DNA of 59,659 nt from Octopus bimaculoides (Eukaryota). The notes under the pieces are model-generated. The model was not told where the DNA came from and searched no databases. It was given only the letters and a program-made list of their open reading frames with translations. Where the stretch lies: contig NC_068994.1 of the NCBI RefSeq assembly GCF_001194135.2, positions 7,719,797-7,779,455 of the forward strand, written 5' to 3'. Positions 38,197 through 51,922 of this stretch are shown here, piece after piece (position 1 is the first letter of the stretch; each line of letters begins with the position of its first letter). The position numbers and the translations under genes are program-made.

Positions 38197-41100
38197 TGTT
38201 CCCCGCAACATCGCTTGACAACCGATGCTGGTGTGTTTACGTCCCCGTAACTTAGCAGTTCGGCAAAAAGAGACCGATAGAGTAAGTACCAGGCTTCCAA
38301 AGATTAAGTCCTGAGATCGATTTGCTCGACTAAAGGTGGTGCTCCACACATGGACGCAGTCAAATGAGTGAAAAGAGTAAAAGAGTATATCTCAGGGCTA
38401 TAGTAAGAGACATGTGCCCAGGATGCTGGCTGTGCAGTGGGACTGAACCCGAAGCTATGTGTTTGGTTGCAAAGCAAGCTTCTTAAGTGCATAGCCAAAG
38501 ACCTTTCAGTATAACACACACACATATGTAGAACAATTGTACTCTCTCTCACACACATGTATTTGTGTACACACACACACACACCAAGAAATAAATGTAA
38601 ATAAAAAGTGATATTATAGCCAAAGGGTAAAAAAATTGTAATTGGTTTCCTCACCTTGAGAGTGGACGTAGGAGCTGGTCTTGCCCAGTGCACAAAGTGA
38701 CCATGATGAAAACTTTGGCAACAGTCCAGATGGAGAGTCTGAGTTAATCATATCAGGGAGGTATTCTGTTGTTGAATGTTGACGGTCAAATACTCGTTCG
38801 ACATCTACAGAGGAAAAAAACAAAGTATTAAATTAATACATGAAAGTTAAAAAGTCATCTAAATATCCATCTATCTTCTTCGCCCATTAATCCTATAGAT
38901 CTCAGGCACCTCCTCCACAGGTCTCTATCAAAAGCATCCATCGTCTTCACCCTCTATTCCTGGAAGGGTAAAGTGGGTAGAGATCTAAAGCACCTTCTCA
39001 ACAGGGCTCTATTAAAAGCAACTGTCATCATCTTCACCCACTATTCTTGAAAGGGTCAAGCAGGGGTATAGATCTCAAGCACCTCCTCCACAGGGCCCTA
39101 TCAAAAGCATGGGTTGGATGGTTCGACTGGGGACTGGGAAGCCAGGAGGCTGCACCAGGCTCCAATCTGATTCCGGCAGTGTCTCTACAACCCTAACCAC
39201 TGGGCCATTGCGCCTCCACAGCAAACCAGGATACATGACAAAGAACAGGAAGCCCACTCAATATGCATTATGAAATGTTGTGGTTTTCTCAAGCGATAGG
39301 GGTTGTTTAAAAATGGCAAGGAAAAAATTTGTTTTTTTTAAAAGTTTTTATTTACCTGGCTGTGTTAAACGGATCTCTTGTGGGTGGCTGTTACTAGCTT
39401 CAGCAAGACTTTCTGTATTCATATTAGTAGACGCAAAAAGATCACTGCTTCCTGATTGACCTGCAGCAGACAAAATAAACATCTAATTAAATTCAAATTA
39501 CGACAAACGTAAACAAACAGACGAAGTTTGCTTTTAGAAGCGTTGAGATGTCTTAGAAAGTTAAAGAAGTGATTTTTAAATTCTCAAACGCAGGATAATG
39601 CTAATAATATAGCCTGGACAGGATAAACTACCCCTATTTTGCAGAAAAAAGTGTAGGTGGTTAACTGTGGACTCGAACTCACATCTCTGTGATTACGCAT
39701 ATACATGTATATACATACGTTACACACACACACACTATCTCCCTCTAACTTTATTGAAATTTTGAAGATACAAGATAATGCATAATTAATTGGAAATAAT
39801 GGGAATAAATATTACATTTAACAGAGTAATCTGAATGCTAAAGGGCCAGGGAGGAAAAACATGATACAAAAGTGTGACAAATACAGTGACCCATTTCAGA
39901 TGTGATGAGACTAGAACCTTACCAAGACTTAGTGCTAAGCTGAGGTTTCCAACTCCATGTGTGATGTCGCCTTTAGAACCTTCTCGAAGATTGATGTTGC
40001 TGGGTTTGACAAGAGGAGATGGTTGAAAGCTGTCTGTCCCTGGTTTAAACACTGGTAGTTCAATATGTTGCAAACTGAGACAGCAGCTTTTTTCCAAGCT
40101 GTCATAGAATTCAAAATTTGCTGCCTGGCAATGAATTAAAAAAAAAAATATTCCAAGTCAATACATTTTGTATTCAACAAGGTATTGAACACTAAACTCG
40201 GCTTGCGAAGACCTGTTGGGGCAAGCAAAAGCGAAATCGTGATGGCACCTGTATCGGTAAATCACTAAGAGCACCGTCCGAGCGTGATCGTTGCCAGAGC
40301 ACCAGCTGTCTGGCTTTCGTGCCGGTGGTACATAAATAACACCATTTGAGCGTGACTGTTACCAACGTTGCCTACCTGGCACTTGTACCAGTGGCACGTG
40401 AAAAGACATTCAAGCGAGTTCGTTGCCAGTACTGCTGGACTGGCCCTTGTTCAGGTGGCACGTAAACTACACCATTTCAAACATGGCCGTTGCCAGTACC
40501 TCCTGACTGGCTTTCGTGCCGGTGGCACGTAAAAGCACCCACTACACTCTCTGAGTGGTTGACGCTAGGAAGGGCATCCAGCTGTAGAAACTCTGCCAGA
40601 TCAGATTGGAGCCTGGTGCAGCCATCTGGCTCACCAGTCCTCAGTCAAATCGTCCAACCCATGCTAGCATGGAAAGCGGACGTTAAACGAGGATGATGAT
40701 GATGATGATGATGAAGGTATTGTTACCCACTAGCAGATAATCAAAGTTTAAGACTATGCATGTATGTGTGAAGGTGCTAGCCCTGGCGAAAGACTGCACC
40801 AGACCTCTGTGTCTGTTTTGGCATAGATTTTATGGCTGGATGCCTTTCCTAACACCAACCACTCTCCAGAGTGGACTGAGTGCATTTTTCATGGCCCCAG
40901 CACAGGTGAGGTCAGTTCTGGCATGGTTTTTACAGCTGGATGCCCTTCCAAATGCCAACCACTTCACAGTGGACTGGATGCGTTTTATGTGGAATCAGCA
41001 CTTGCAAGGTGACCAAGTAACTTGCAAGATAAAGAATCTGTGAGCAGGGAGGAGGCACTGGTGGGGGTGATGGAAGGTTATAGTGTAACAGAAAGAGACA

Positions 41101-44100
41101 GGAAGATCAGGAACGAAACATAATATCAGTAAAAGTTACCTCATGGTTGAATGGGTCTTCTTTGTCAGCCTGTTTCCGTCCACAGTTGCAGGCAGCTTTT
41201 GTCTTCAGCTGGCTAGAGTGATACATCACAGGGAGGTGCTTGTTCTCCTCAGTTTCAATGGCATCGGGAAGTCGATGTAACTGACAAAACAAGGTCAAAT
41301 GTCAATAAACGGTTATTGTTTCACCTTTGACATGTAATGCCAAAATAGTCTAAGAGATTACACTGGGCTCACATTAGGCAAGAAGATGAAAATTTTTTTG
41401 GCCCATGACACTTCATGTACCCCAAGTAATGCATGCGTAAAGCTTGGATGAAATCGGTTGAGTAGTTCTCTATTTTTAGTGATGCACACATACAGATAGA
41501 CAGAGACACAGGAAGGGTATCCAGCTGTAGAAACTCTGCCAAATTAGATTGGAGCCTGGTGTTGCCATCCGGTTTCACCAGTCCTCAGTCAAATCGTCCA
41601 ACCCATGCTAGCATGGAAAGCGGACGTTAAACGATGATGATGATGATGATATAAACATAATTAAGGGATCAGCAACAGTTGCTTCACCACATACCGAAAT
41701 TTAGAAATAGCAGTTAAAGTGCTAATTCTACTACTATAAAGGCCCAACAAGGAGACTTATTGTAGTAGTAGAATTAGCACTTTAACTGCTATTTNNNNNN
41801 NNNNNNNNNNNNNNNNNNNNNNNNNNNNNNNNNNNNNNNNNNNNNNNNNNNNNNNNNNNNNNNNNNNNNNNNNNNNNNNNNNNNNNNNNNNNNNNNNNNN
41901 NNNNNNNNNNNNNNNNNNNNNNNNNNNNNNNNNNNNNNNNNNNNNNNNNNNNNNNNNNNNNNNNNNNNNNNNNNNNNNNNNNNNNNNNNNNNNNNNNNNN
42001 NNNNNNNNNNNNNNNNNNNNNNNNNNNNNNNNNNNNNNNNNNNNNNNNNNNNNNNNNNNNNNNNNNNNNNNNNNNNNNNNNNNNNNNNNNNNNNNNNNNN
42101 NNNNNNNNNNNNNNNNNNNNNNNNNNNNNNNNNNNNNNNNNNNNNCAGGAAGGGTATCCAGCTGTAGAAACTCTGCCAAATTAGATTGGAGCCTGGTGTT
42201 GCCATCCGGTTTCACCAGTCCTCAGTCAAATCGTCCAACCCATGCTAGCATGGGTTGGACGATTTGACTGAGGACTGGTGAAACCGGATGGCAACACCAG
42301 GCTCCAATCTAAATTTGGCAACCACTCAGAGAGTGTAGTAGGTGCTTTTACGTGTCACCTGCATGAAGGCCAGTCAAGCGATACTGGCAACGGCCACGCT
42401 CGAAATGGTGTCTTTTATGTGCCACCCACACAAGCCTTATATACTCAGCTATAAGTTGCATTTTTTCCTCCCTGAAATTTTCACCTTAAGTTGGGTGCGC
42501 GACTTATAAGTGCATCCTATAAAAACATCTGCACAATATTTTCTAGGTACAAGCCCTGTCCGAAGTTCCGATACTTGGAATAACCGAGAAGGATAACATT
42601 TTACATTGTAAATAACGGTTTCTAAAATGCATGGACTTAATAGGATAACAGTTGTTGTAAGACATCTTCAGTTTACTGAAAGCTCGGTTACCGAACAACA
42701 ACTATGTCGGCACGATTCCAAATCGAACTTTGCTCTCCAGCATCAAAAAGGTCACTGTGTCTTATAGTCAGGTCAATGATAAAATTTCCAATTTGAACCT
42801 TGTAAGTTGGGGGTACATCTTATAGTCAAGTATATGCGTTATATAGGAACATTATGTATATAAAGATAGAAAAGCTCCTCACCGGGTTCACACAGTGCTG
42901 TCCAGTTAGACTGATCTCTTCACACAACTGCCTCCCACTCTTCCACCACTTCTCGCAAGCCTCTTCCAACTGACACAGGTATTTCTTATATGCAGCACCT
43001 CGAGCATACTGAGCAAAAACCCTCTTGGCTTGGTTGAACTGAAATGAAGAAAAGAGGAAGAATAACAAAGAGATTGGATTGGTTTGTTTGGAGATGATGG
43101 CCGAGAGAGAGAGAGAGAGAGAGAGATATCTGGGGTAATACTGCAGTTAGGATGGAGTCAGCTTTGAAATAGTAATATAGCAAGCAAACTGGCAGTTATT
43201 TCAGTTCTATATTTAAGAGATGAGGAATTATGTACATTATTTACATTTGACGGATATTTGTCCTCATCTTGTTTGTTGTTAACACAACGTTTCGGCTGAT
43301 ATACCCTCCAGCCTTCATCAGGTGTCTTGGGGAAATTTCGAACCTGGGTTCTCATTCCTAAGGTATTTTTCGATGATATTATTATTATTATCATTATTCA
43401 GGTCACCACCTGGAATCGAACTCGGAATCTTGGGGCTAGTAGCCCGCACTCTTTACCACTACGCCATATGCCCATGGGCATATGAATAATAATAATAATA
43501 ACAACAACAATATCGAAAAATACCTTAAGAATGAGAACCCAGGTTCGAAATATCCCCAAGACACCTGATGAAGGCTGGAGGGTATATCAGCCAAAACGTT
43601 GTGTTAACCACAAACAAGATGAGGACAAATATCCATCAATTATAAATATATATGTATGTGTGTTTGTGTGTCTGTGTTTGTCCCGCCAACATCGCTTGAC
43701 AACCGATGCTGGTGTGTTTACGTTCCCGTAACTTAGCGGTTCGGCAAAAGAGACCGATAGAATAAGTACTAGGCTTCCAAAGAATAAGTCCTGGGGTCGA
43801 TTTTCTCGACTATAAAGGCGGTGCTCCAGCATGGCCACAGTCAAATGACTGAAACAAGTAAAAAGAGTATAACAAACTCACCTTGGAGAGATGGTAGCTA
43901 TTCGTGTAGTGGGTTGGCAGGCCTTCTTGATATGCAGTCTCCGCAACAGGTAGTACTTTGTTACAACGACTGTGGAAAACAACACCAAAGTAGACAAGAT
44001 TAGCAACAACAAAATGATTATAACAAAAATAACAACATATGAAACGCTGTATTTGTTTATTCTTTTACTTGTTTCAATCATTGGATGGCAACCATGCAGT

Positions 44101-47100
44101 GCTACCTCCTGAAAGGGATTAGTTATATCACCTGCAGTACTTATTTTACAAAACCCTTTGTCACATTGTTGACTTATGGGGAAGTAAACAAACTAACACT
44201 GGCTACCAAGTAGGGGGTGGGACAAACACAAAGATACATAGAACACACAACCGCTAAGTTACAGGGATGTAAACACACTAACATCGGTTGTCAAGTGATG
44301 GTGGGAGACAAACACAGACACATACACAATGGGCTTTTTTCAGTTTCCATCTACCAAATCCACTCACAAGGCTTTGGTTGGCCCGAGGATATAGTAAAAG
44401 ACACTTGCCCAAGGTGCCATGCAGTGGAACTGAGCCTGGAACCAAGTGGCTGGGAAGCAAGCTTCTTACCAAACAGCCATCTTTATTGGAATGGTGTTTC
44501 TTGAAGCAAATAAAGCTATAAATAAGAGTATATAAGTATTGGGTTAAAAACCCTTTGGACAGAAAAAGCACATGCATGTGTGAGTGCACGTGTGCATTAC
44601 TGTCCTTGCCTTGATATCACGTGACCCTTTGTTTCCAATCTTCTGTGGAAACATGTCTGGCCATAGGGAAGGAAATATCGAATTGCTTGGAAACAGAATG
44701 GAGTTGTTAAGAAGAAAGGCATAGAAAATTCACCTCAAACAAATTCCATCTGATCCATGCAAACATGGAAAAGTGGATGTTAAAACAATGATGATGATGG
44801 TGAACAACAAAGAAAAAAATGATCGGGAAGAAAAAGAGAAGGGTAAGAAGGAGAGGTAGGGGTGGGTGTGGATCTAAAAAAAAAAACACAAATATTTTTT
44901 TTAATAAATAAATAATATTTCTTATTTCTTTATTGCCCACAAGAGGCTACATACAGAGGGGACAAACAAGGACAGACAAGGGACTAAGTCGATTGTATCA
45001 ACCCCAGTACGTAACTGGTACTTAATTTATCGACCCTGAAAGGATGAAAGGCAAAGTCGACCTCGGCGGAATTTGAACTAAGAACATTAAAGACAGATGA
45101 AATACCGCTAAGCATTTCGCCCGGTGTGCTAACGTTTCTACCAGCTCGCCGCCTTCATTATTTAATAAATAAATAATATTTCTCCTTACTTCTCTGAGAA
45201 TCTAATGTCTACATCAAGCTTGGTCCTCATCTTATTGAAGAAGCTTTGCGCTTTGGCATCTGACAGTTCATTAAAATATAATTGGTAAAGCTTTGATGCC
45301 AAGGTAAACCAAGTGCTAGCCGTGGCCATCTGAAGAGAGGGAGATAAAAAAAAAACAAAGAGATTATTTGTTGTGTAGCTATAAAGGGTTAAAAAAAAAA
45401 AAAATCTGAAGTACAGGCATACTTTAATGTGCATTGCTTCGAATTAAATCTTTATATTTTTAAAAATGTATTTTTGTTTTACGCAATTTCTTGGAACCAA
45501 CTGTCAACTAAATTGAGGTATACTCTTTTACTCTTTTACTTGTTTCAGTCATTTGACTGCGGCCATGCTGGAGCACCGCCTGAATTTAGAAATTTTGTTT
45601 GACACCCGTTTCTGTCTTCATTCCTGATCTTTCTCTCTCCAGCCAGGTAACCTTGTACTTCCTCTTCAGCAAGGCACCTGTATCTGTCTCACTATAACCT
45701 TTTCATCGTCACCTCCTCCAATGCCTCTTCCCCTCTTAAAAGTTTTTGTCTTGCAAGTACTTGGTAACCCTGTCAGTGCAGGTGCCACTTAAATGCACTC
45801 AGTCCACACTGTAAAGTGGTTGGTGTTCGGAAGGGCATCCAGCTGTAAAAACCTTGCCAAAACTGACCTTGCCTGTGCTTGTACCACCTAAAAAGCACTA
45901 CTCACCCTGCTTGTGCTTGTGCTACATAAAAAGCACTAAGTCCACTCTGCTGAGTGGTTGGTGTTAGGAAGGGCATACCACTGTAAAAAAATCCTGCCAA
46001 AACAGTCACAGAAGTCTGGTGCAGGCTTTGGCCTAGCCAGCTCTTATGGTACCGTCCCACCCATGCTAGCATAGAACACGGATGTTAAATGATGGTGATG
46101 TTAACTGTGCTGGTGCCATGGAAAACGCACCCAGTACACTGTGTAAAGTGGTTAGCATCAGGAAGGGCATCCAGCCATAGAAACCATGCCAAAACAGACG
46201 ACTGGAGCCTAGTGTAGCTCTCCAGCTTACCAGTTCTTACTGAACCATCCCACATCTGTTTCTCCAAAGGTCAGACATGTTTTTCACAGAGGACTGGAAA
46301 TGAACAACATTGCTTATTTGATGGTCATGCTCATTTATAACCATAACATGACGTCAAGACAGTTGCATACATACACATACAAATGTATATACATGACGGG
46401 CTTCTTTCGGTTTCTGCTGAACAAATCTTTGTCTTGCAAATTACTTGGTGGCCCTACCAGTAATGGTGCCACATAAAAAGCATGCAATCCACACTGTAGA
46501 GTCAGTGGTTGGCATTTGAAAGGGCATACCGCTGTAAAAAAACCATGCCGAAACAGACAGCAAAGCCTGGTACAGTCTTCTGTCTAACCAGCTCCTGTCA
46601 AACTGTCCAACCCATATCAGCATGGAAAGCAGTTGTTAAATGATGATGATGATGAAATCTGCTCACAAGGTCTTGGTCGGCCTGGGGCTACAGTACAAGA
46701 CACTTGTCTATGGTGCCAAGCATTGGAACTGAACTCAAGTCTGCACGATTGAGAAGCAAGCCTTTTAACACACAGCCACTCCTGCACCTATAGTTAAATA
46801 TATTTAAATGACCTTAAGCCAAAGCTGTAAACTTGTAGATCTGTCCAACCCATTGTCAAGATAAGCATTAACCATTTTGGGGCAGTAGGGAGTAATGTAA
46901 ACAATAAAATGATAAAAATAAACCAAAACATGATGTAAATCTATGCACCCACCTCGAACAATGCTGGCACCTGCCTTTTACCGACATTGTCATCAAAACC
47001 TTTATTGAATGCCAGCTCAATATGAGGCCAGAGAAAGTCGTGAAAGCTGTTATCAGACGATGAACATTTATTGAGAGACGTGGTATGGCTGAGGTTGTCA

Positions 47101-49880
47101 CTACGACCGGGACTACCTTGGTTGGTGCGACGACTCGTTTGATAGCTTTTACCTTTCATGGGTTCTGAGAAAAAAATGAAAAATGGAAAAAAAAAAAAAA
47201 AAAAATGAAGCTTAAAAATAATACATTGGAAATCAGACCCATTCACTCAAAATTTCATTATCCTTAATTGCAGAAAGCAACTTTATATACCAATCTATCT
47301 TTTGTTAATGAATGTCATCGCTCCCCCTGATGAAGAGGATTATCCTGCAAGAACCCTGTGCCAATGCCATGTAAAAGAGCACTCGTGCCAGCACCATGTA
47401 TGGGAAATTGTGCTGGAGCTACGTTAAATGCATCCAGCACACACTGTAAAGGGGTTGGCATTAAGAAGGGCATCCAGCCATAGAAACTGAGCCAAACCAG
47501 ACTGGAAGTTGATGCAGCTCTTGTGCTTGTCAGTTCTGGTCAAACCATCCAAACCATGACAGCATGCTCCAGCATGGTTACTGTCCATTGACTAAAACAA
47601 GTATGAGGTCTGATCCAAAAGTATCAGAACCGATGCTATGAAAAGAAAACTGCAATACATATCAATTCGGCATTTAATCCTTTTGAGACACATGGGGTTT
47701 TGGGATGTGTAGCCAAAAAGACAAACCATTTTTTTTCTATTGAGATACATCTACTGAAAGACAATCTCTGATTGGCTGTTACACTTCAAAACCAACCATT
47801 CACAATTTTTTTCCATTGGGTCGATGGATTGGCCTCAAACTCCTTTCAGCTTGTATCACTTGGGCTGGGTGTCCCAAGAGGGTTAATCTACATTGAATTA
47901 ACCCTCTTCTGAAATTACACACTTTATCCAGTGGCGTTTCCATTGACGGAAGCATTCCTGGAACTCCATTTTTATGACAGCAGACAGCTGCCTCACTGCA
48001 TTCTCTTGGATTTTGTCTTGAAATCTTGTTGCTTTCAAGCTTTGATTTCAGGGCCAGAGCCACAGACCCACAATTCATCACTTGTACTGACAGTTTTCAA
48101 AAAGTCTACACTTTCCTTGATATAATCGAAAAGATCCTGTACAGCTGAAACTCAATCTTCTTTTTGAGACAACCACACTCTACACACTTTGCTCCCAGGC
48201 AATGCTATAAACAACAAAATTAAGCGACAATGTTATAACTTAGTATGTGTGACAAATTTCAAGGTCAATCTGCACCAAGCGGCTTCATTCTGTATACTTT
48301 AGCTCTGTTACCATAGCAACGTTCCAACACCTTTTTTTTCTCCAGATACCTTGTAAAAGACAGATAACATTATTGAGAAACTTACCTCCATCTTTATTTA
48401 CTGTGTGGGTGTTTCGTAGTTGCAGGAGGAAGTAGGCGACAGGATCACTGCTGTCGGATCGTCGGCTGTTGATGTACACAAACTCTTGGTTGGCTGGCAC
48501 AGCAAACAGTGAATTGTTACTGCAGACAAGAAATAAATAATTAGAAATATTTGTATATCCCTTTGAACATGTTACTGGTTCATTTTCACTCTTTTCCCCA
48601 AATACAAGTAGCTATTTTCTATGGATGGATGCTTTTCCTGTCACCACTCTTTACCTTAAGGTGGTGCTCTAGCATGGCCACAGTCAAATGATTGAAACAA
48701 GTAAAAGAATACACACACACACACACGTCATCCATATCACTAACGCTGAGACTAGAGTAACAACTGAACTGGTGATGTGATACAAGATTTACCAGTATTA
48801 AAATGGAAACAGAAAGCTCTATCTGTTGTACAACTATACCTGATATTTGTGATCACACGAGACTTTCTCAGCAGACGATAAATCTGATCCTCCATAGCAT
48901 GCTGCAGTCGTTTCAGTGGAGGGTTACGCTGAAATAAGAAACAAAAATATGAAGTAAGGTGCCAGCATGGCTATGTGGTCAAGAAGTTTGCTTCCCAACC
49001 ACATAGTGGCAGGTTCAGTCCCACAGCATGGCATTTTGGGAACATGTATTCTAGTATAACGCTGGCAGGTTAAAACCTCAAGAATCAATTTGGTAGACGG
49101 AAACTGAAAGAAGCCCATTGTGTGTGTGTATTATTATTACTATTATTTAAAACAGTTTGATTCAGTCCAATGCAATTTTAAGTTCCATAGGTTTCTTGCA
49201 GTTGCAGGTGCCAGATGAAACTGTTTAAATAATATATGTAAGTCTTACTAAATGTGTTGAGTGCTTCTTGCTTTTGTTTGTCCACTCACCCTTATATACG
49301 AATCACAAATTCCCCAAGGTAGATGACCCTGCTCAATCAGACAAATCACAAATCCCATCAGGTAGATGGCCCTGCATGATCTGTAGAAAAGGTGTAGCTA
49401 GAAATTCCATAAGATGTACTTGGTGCAAGCTATGGATACATAAGAAGTGCAGCAATATCAGAGGAAGGTTAACAGGGAAAATAGTTTTTTGTGTGTGGTA
49501 GGTGCAGAAGTATAATTAATACTAAAATTGTGAAGAAAATAGACTCCATCAAATGCCAAAGGGGAAAGCTAGAAGTAGTTGATAACCAACAATGACCACA
49601 GCTATGATTTCATATGGCTTGACGGGTCTTCTCAAGCACAGCATATCACCAAAAGTCTTGGTCACTAATCATTGCCTCCATGAGGCCCAACGTTTGAAGA
49701 TCATGCTTTGAAGAAGTTGATAAGCCAGTAGTGTGGGTGGATGCTCTGAGAGTGTAACTGCTAGAATAAAAATAGGTTGGGTAAAGTTCAGAGAGCTCTT
49801 ACCTCTGTTGGTAACAAAAAGCCTCTCCCTCAGAGTGAAAGGCAGATTGTATGAGGCCTGTGTGTGAAACATGCATACAC

Positions 49881-49926
<46 letters not shown>

Positions 49927-51889
49927 CCAACCATAGAAACTATGCCAAATCAGACTGGATCCTGGTGTACCAGTTTCAGTTAAACCATCTAACCCATGCT
50001 GGCATGGAAAGCAGATGCTAAATGACGATACATACTGACACACAAAATAAACATCGCTGCATGGGGTGATGGAGGTTACTGGTCCTTTCCTTACCTGAGA
50101 TCGAGGTTTCATATCATTGTCTTCGGATGAAATATCAAGCAATGTGGTCTGGAAGACAAACAGCACTCGAGGTGAACACGGCCGGGCACTCAGGTACCAT
50201 TCCTTAGAAATGTGGAGCCCTTGCAGCTGTTCACTCATCACACTTAGTAACTGGACCCTGAAATTAGCAACAGAGTGTCTTAATAACAGTAACAACAAAT
50301 TAATATGAAAAGACAGCATTTATTATGGTGAAGTCTCATAAGCTATATAGAGGTCATAAATAAAAAAAATATAAATGCGCCCTTTTAAAGCCTAGCCAGG
50401 CTCATGGGCCCGGCTTCCCGGTTTCGATGGCGTATGTGTTCCCTAGCTGGACGGGACGCTAGTCCATCGCAGCGTTACTCATTCCTACAGCTGAGTGGAC
50501 TGGAGAAATGTGAAATGAAGTGTTTTGCTCAAGAACAACGCGTCACCCAGCAAATTATCTGCTGATGTATGCTATTTGCCATGAACTCATTATTGTGAAC
50601 AACTGAATCAATTTCTTCAATTCTTTTAAAACGCACTTATTTATTCCAGTGTTTACTCTCCTGTAACTTAGCAGTTCAGCAGAAAAGACCAATAAAGTAC
50701 AATATTTAAAAAGTATGACCTGGGATCAATCTTATTTCTTTATTGCCCACAAGGGGCTAAACATAGAGGGGACAAACAAGGCCAGACAAAGGGATTAAGT
50801 CGATTACGTCGACCCCGGTGCGTAACTGGTACTTAATTTATCGACCCCGAAAGGATGAAAGGCAAAGTCGACCTCAGTGGAATTTGAACTCAGAACGTCA
50901 CGGCAGACAAAATACCGATAAGCATTTCGCCCGGTGTGCTAACGATTCTGCCAACTCGCCGCCTTAATCAATCTGTTTAACTAAATCCTTTGAGGTAGTG
51001 TTCCAGCATAGCCATGGTCCAATGACTGAAACAAGTTAAAGATAAACAGACATGTTGTTGTTAAGCCCTAGGTCATCTCTGATCAAACAGGCCTATCGTT
51101 GAAAGAATTCAGCCATGATTGTTATGATTAGCTAATATATAGATTTCTTTTCCCGAGAGAGTAGGACGTGTTTTGAGGGAACTTGGCTGTTTCAAGCAAC
51201 ATCCTCAGTTCTAGAAGTACAAAATGACAGGATGGTCATGGAGGGAGCATCTCATCATACATAGGTCTGCTATGGATATAAACATCATCAACAACAACAA
51301 AACCAACTTTACTTTCCATTCTTTGAAGTTAAACAGAATATGTAAGAAGCAATAGGCTGTACCTGAGAGTATCCAAGATCCGAAAAATCCGGATAAAGCT
51401 TGTATCAAAGGAACTGCCAGGGTGAACCAACTGAAAAGAAAAGCACCAATATATACGACATTGAATGTTCGAAATGAGTAGATAGACAGCCGACAACTGA
51501 TGAAGGGTTCTTTCTCTGTGGTTACTTGTCCTGTTTGCCATTTTTTTCTCTCATTTATGTATTTAATTCGTTTGTTTTATGCGAGAAATCAAAGTTTCAT
51601 AAAAAAGATTCCAGTTAATAGAATTATGGGAGGTTTAAACCAGCCAGATCTGGCCTCTCACACCTATACAACAATGTCATTCTAAAAATGAACAATTACA
51701 TGATCAAAATCTTGAAACCACAGGAGTGGCTGTGTGGTAAGTAGCTTGCTAACCAACCACATGGTCCCGGGTTCAGTCCCACTGCGTGGCACCTTGGGCA
51801 AGTGTCTTCTACTATAGCCTCGGGCCTACCAAAGCCTTGTGAGTGGACTTGGTAGACAGAAACTGAAAGAAGCCCGTCGTATATATATG

Positions 51890-51922
<33 letters not shown>

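Larger units (their letters stand above)
43201..43648. mobile_element. palindromic tRNA-headed, hammerhead-tailed element, copy 2 (in an SMG8 intron)
   Basis: inverted arms centred on CATATGCCCATGGGCATATG (43465-43484); left arm complete, right arm lacks the tRNA body. Confidence 0.8.

Noticed and set aside
41705-41794. 32-bp perfect inverted repeat resembling a pre-miRNA or terminator hairpin
   Set aside because: Ends exactly at a contig edge, so probably a library or assembly artefact; no small-RNA evidence available.
42174-42320. Perfect ~70-bp foldback of family B centred on CATGCTAGCATG
   Set aside because: Starts right after a gap and duplicates 41505-41610 exactly; more likely an assembly or chimeric-read artefact. 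Needs long reads.
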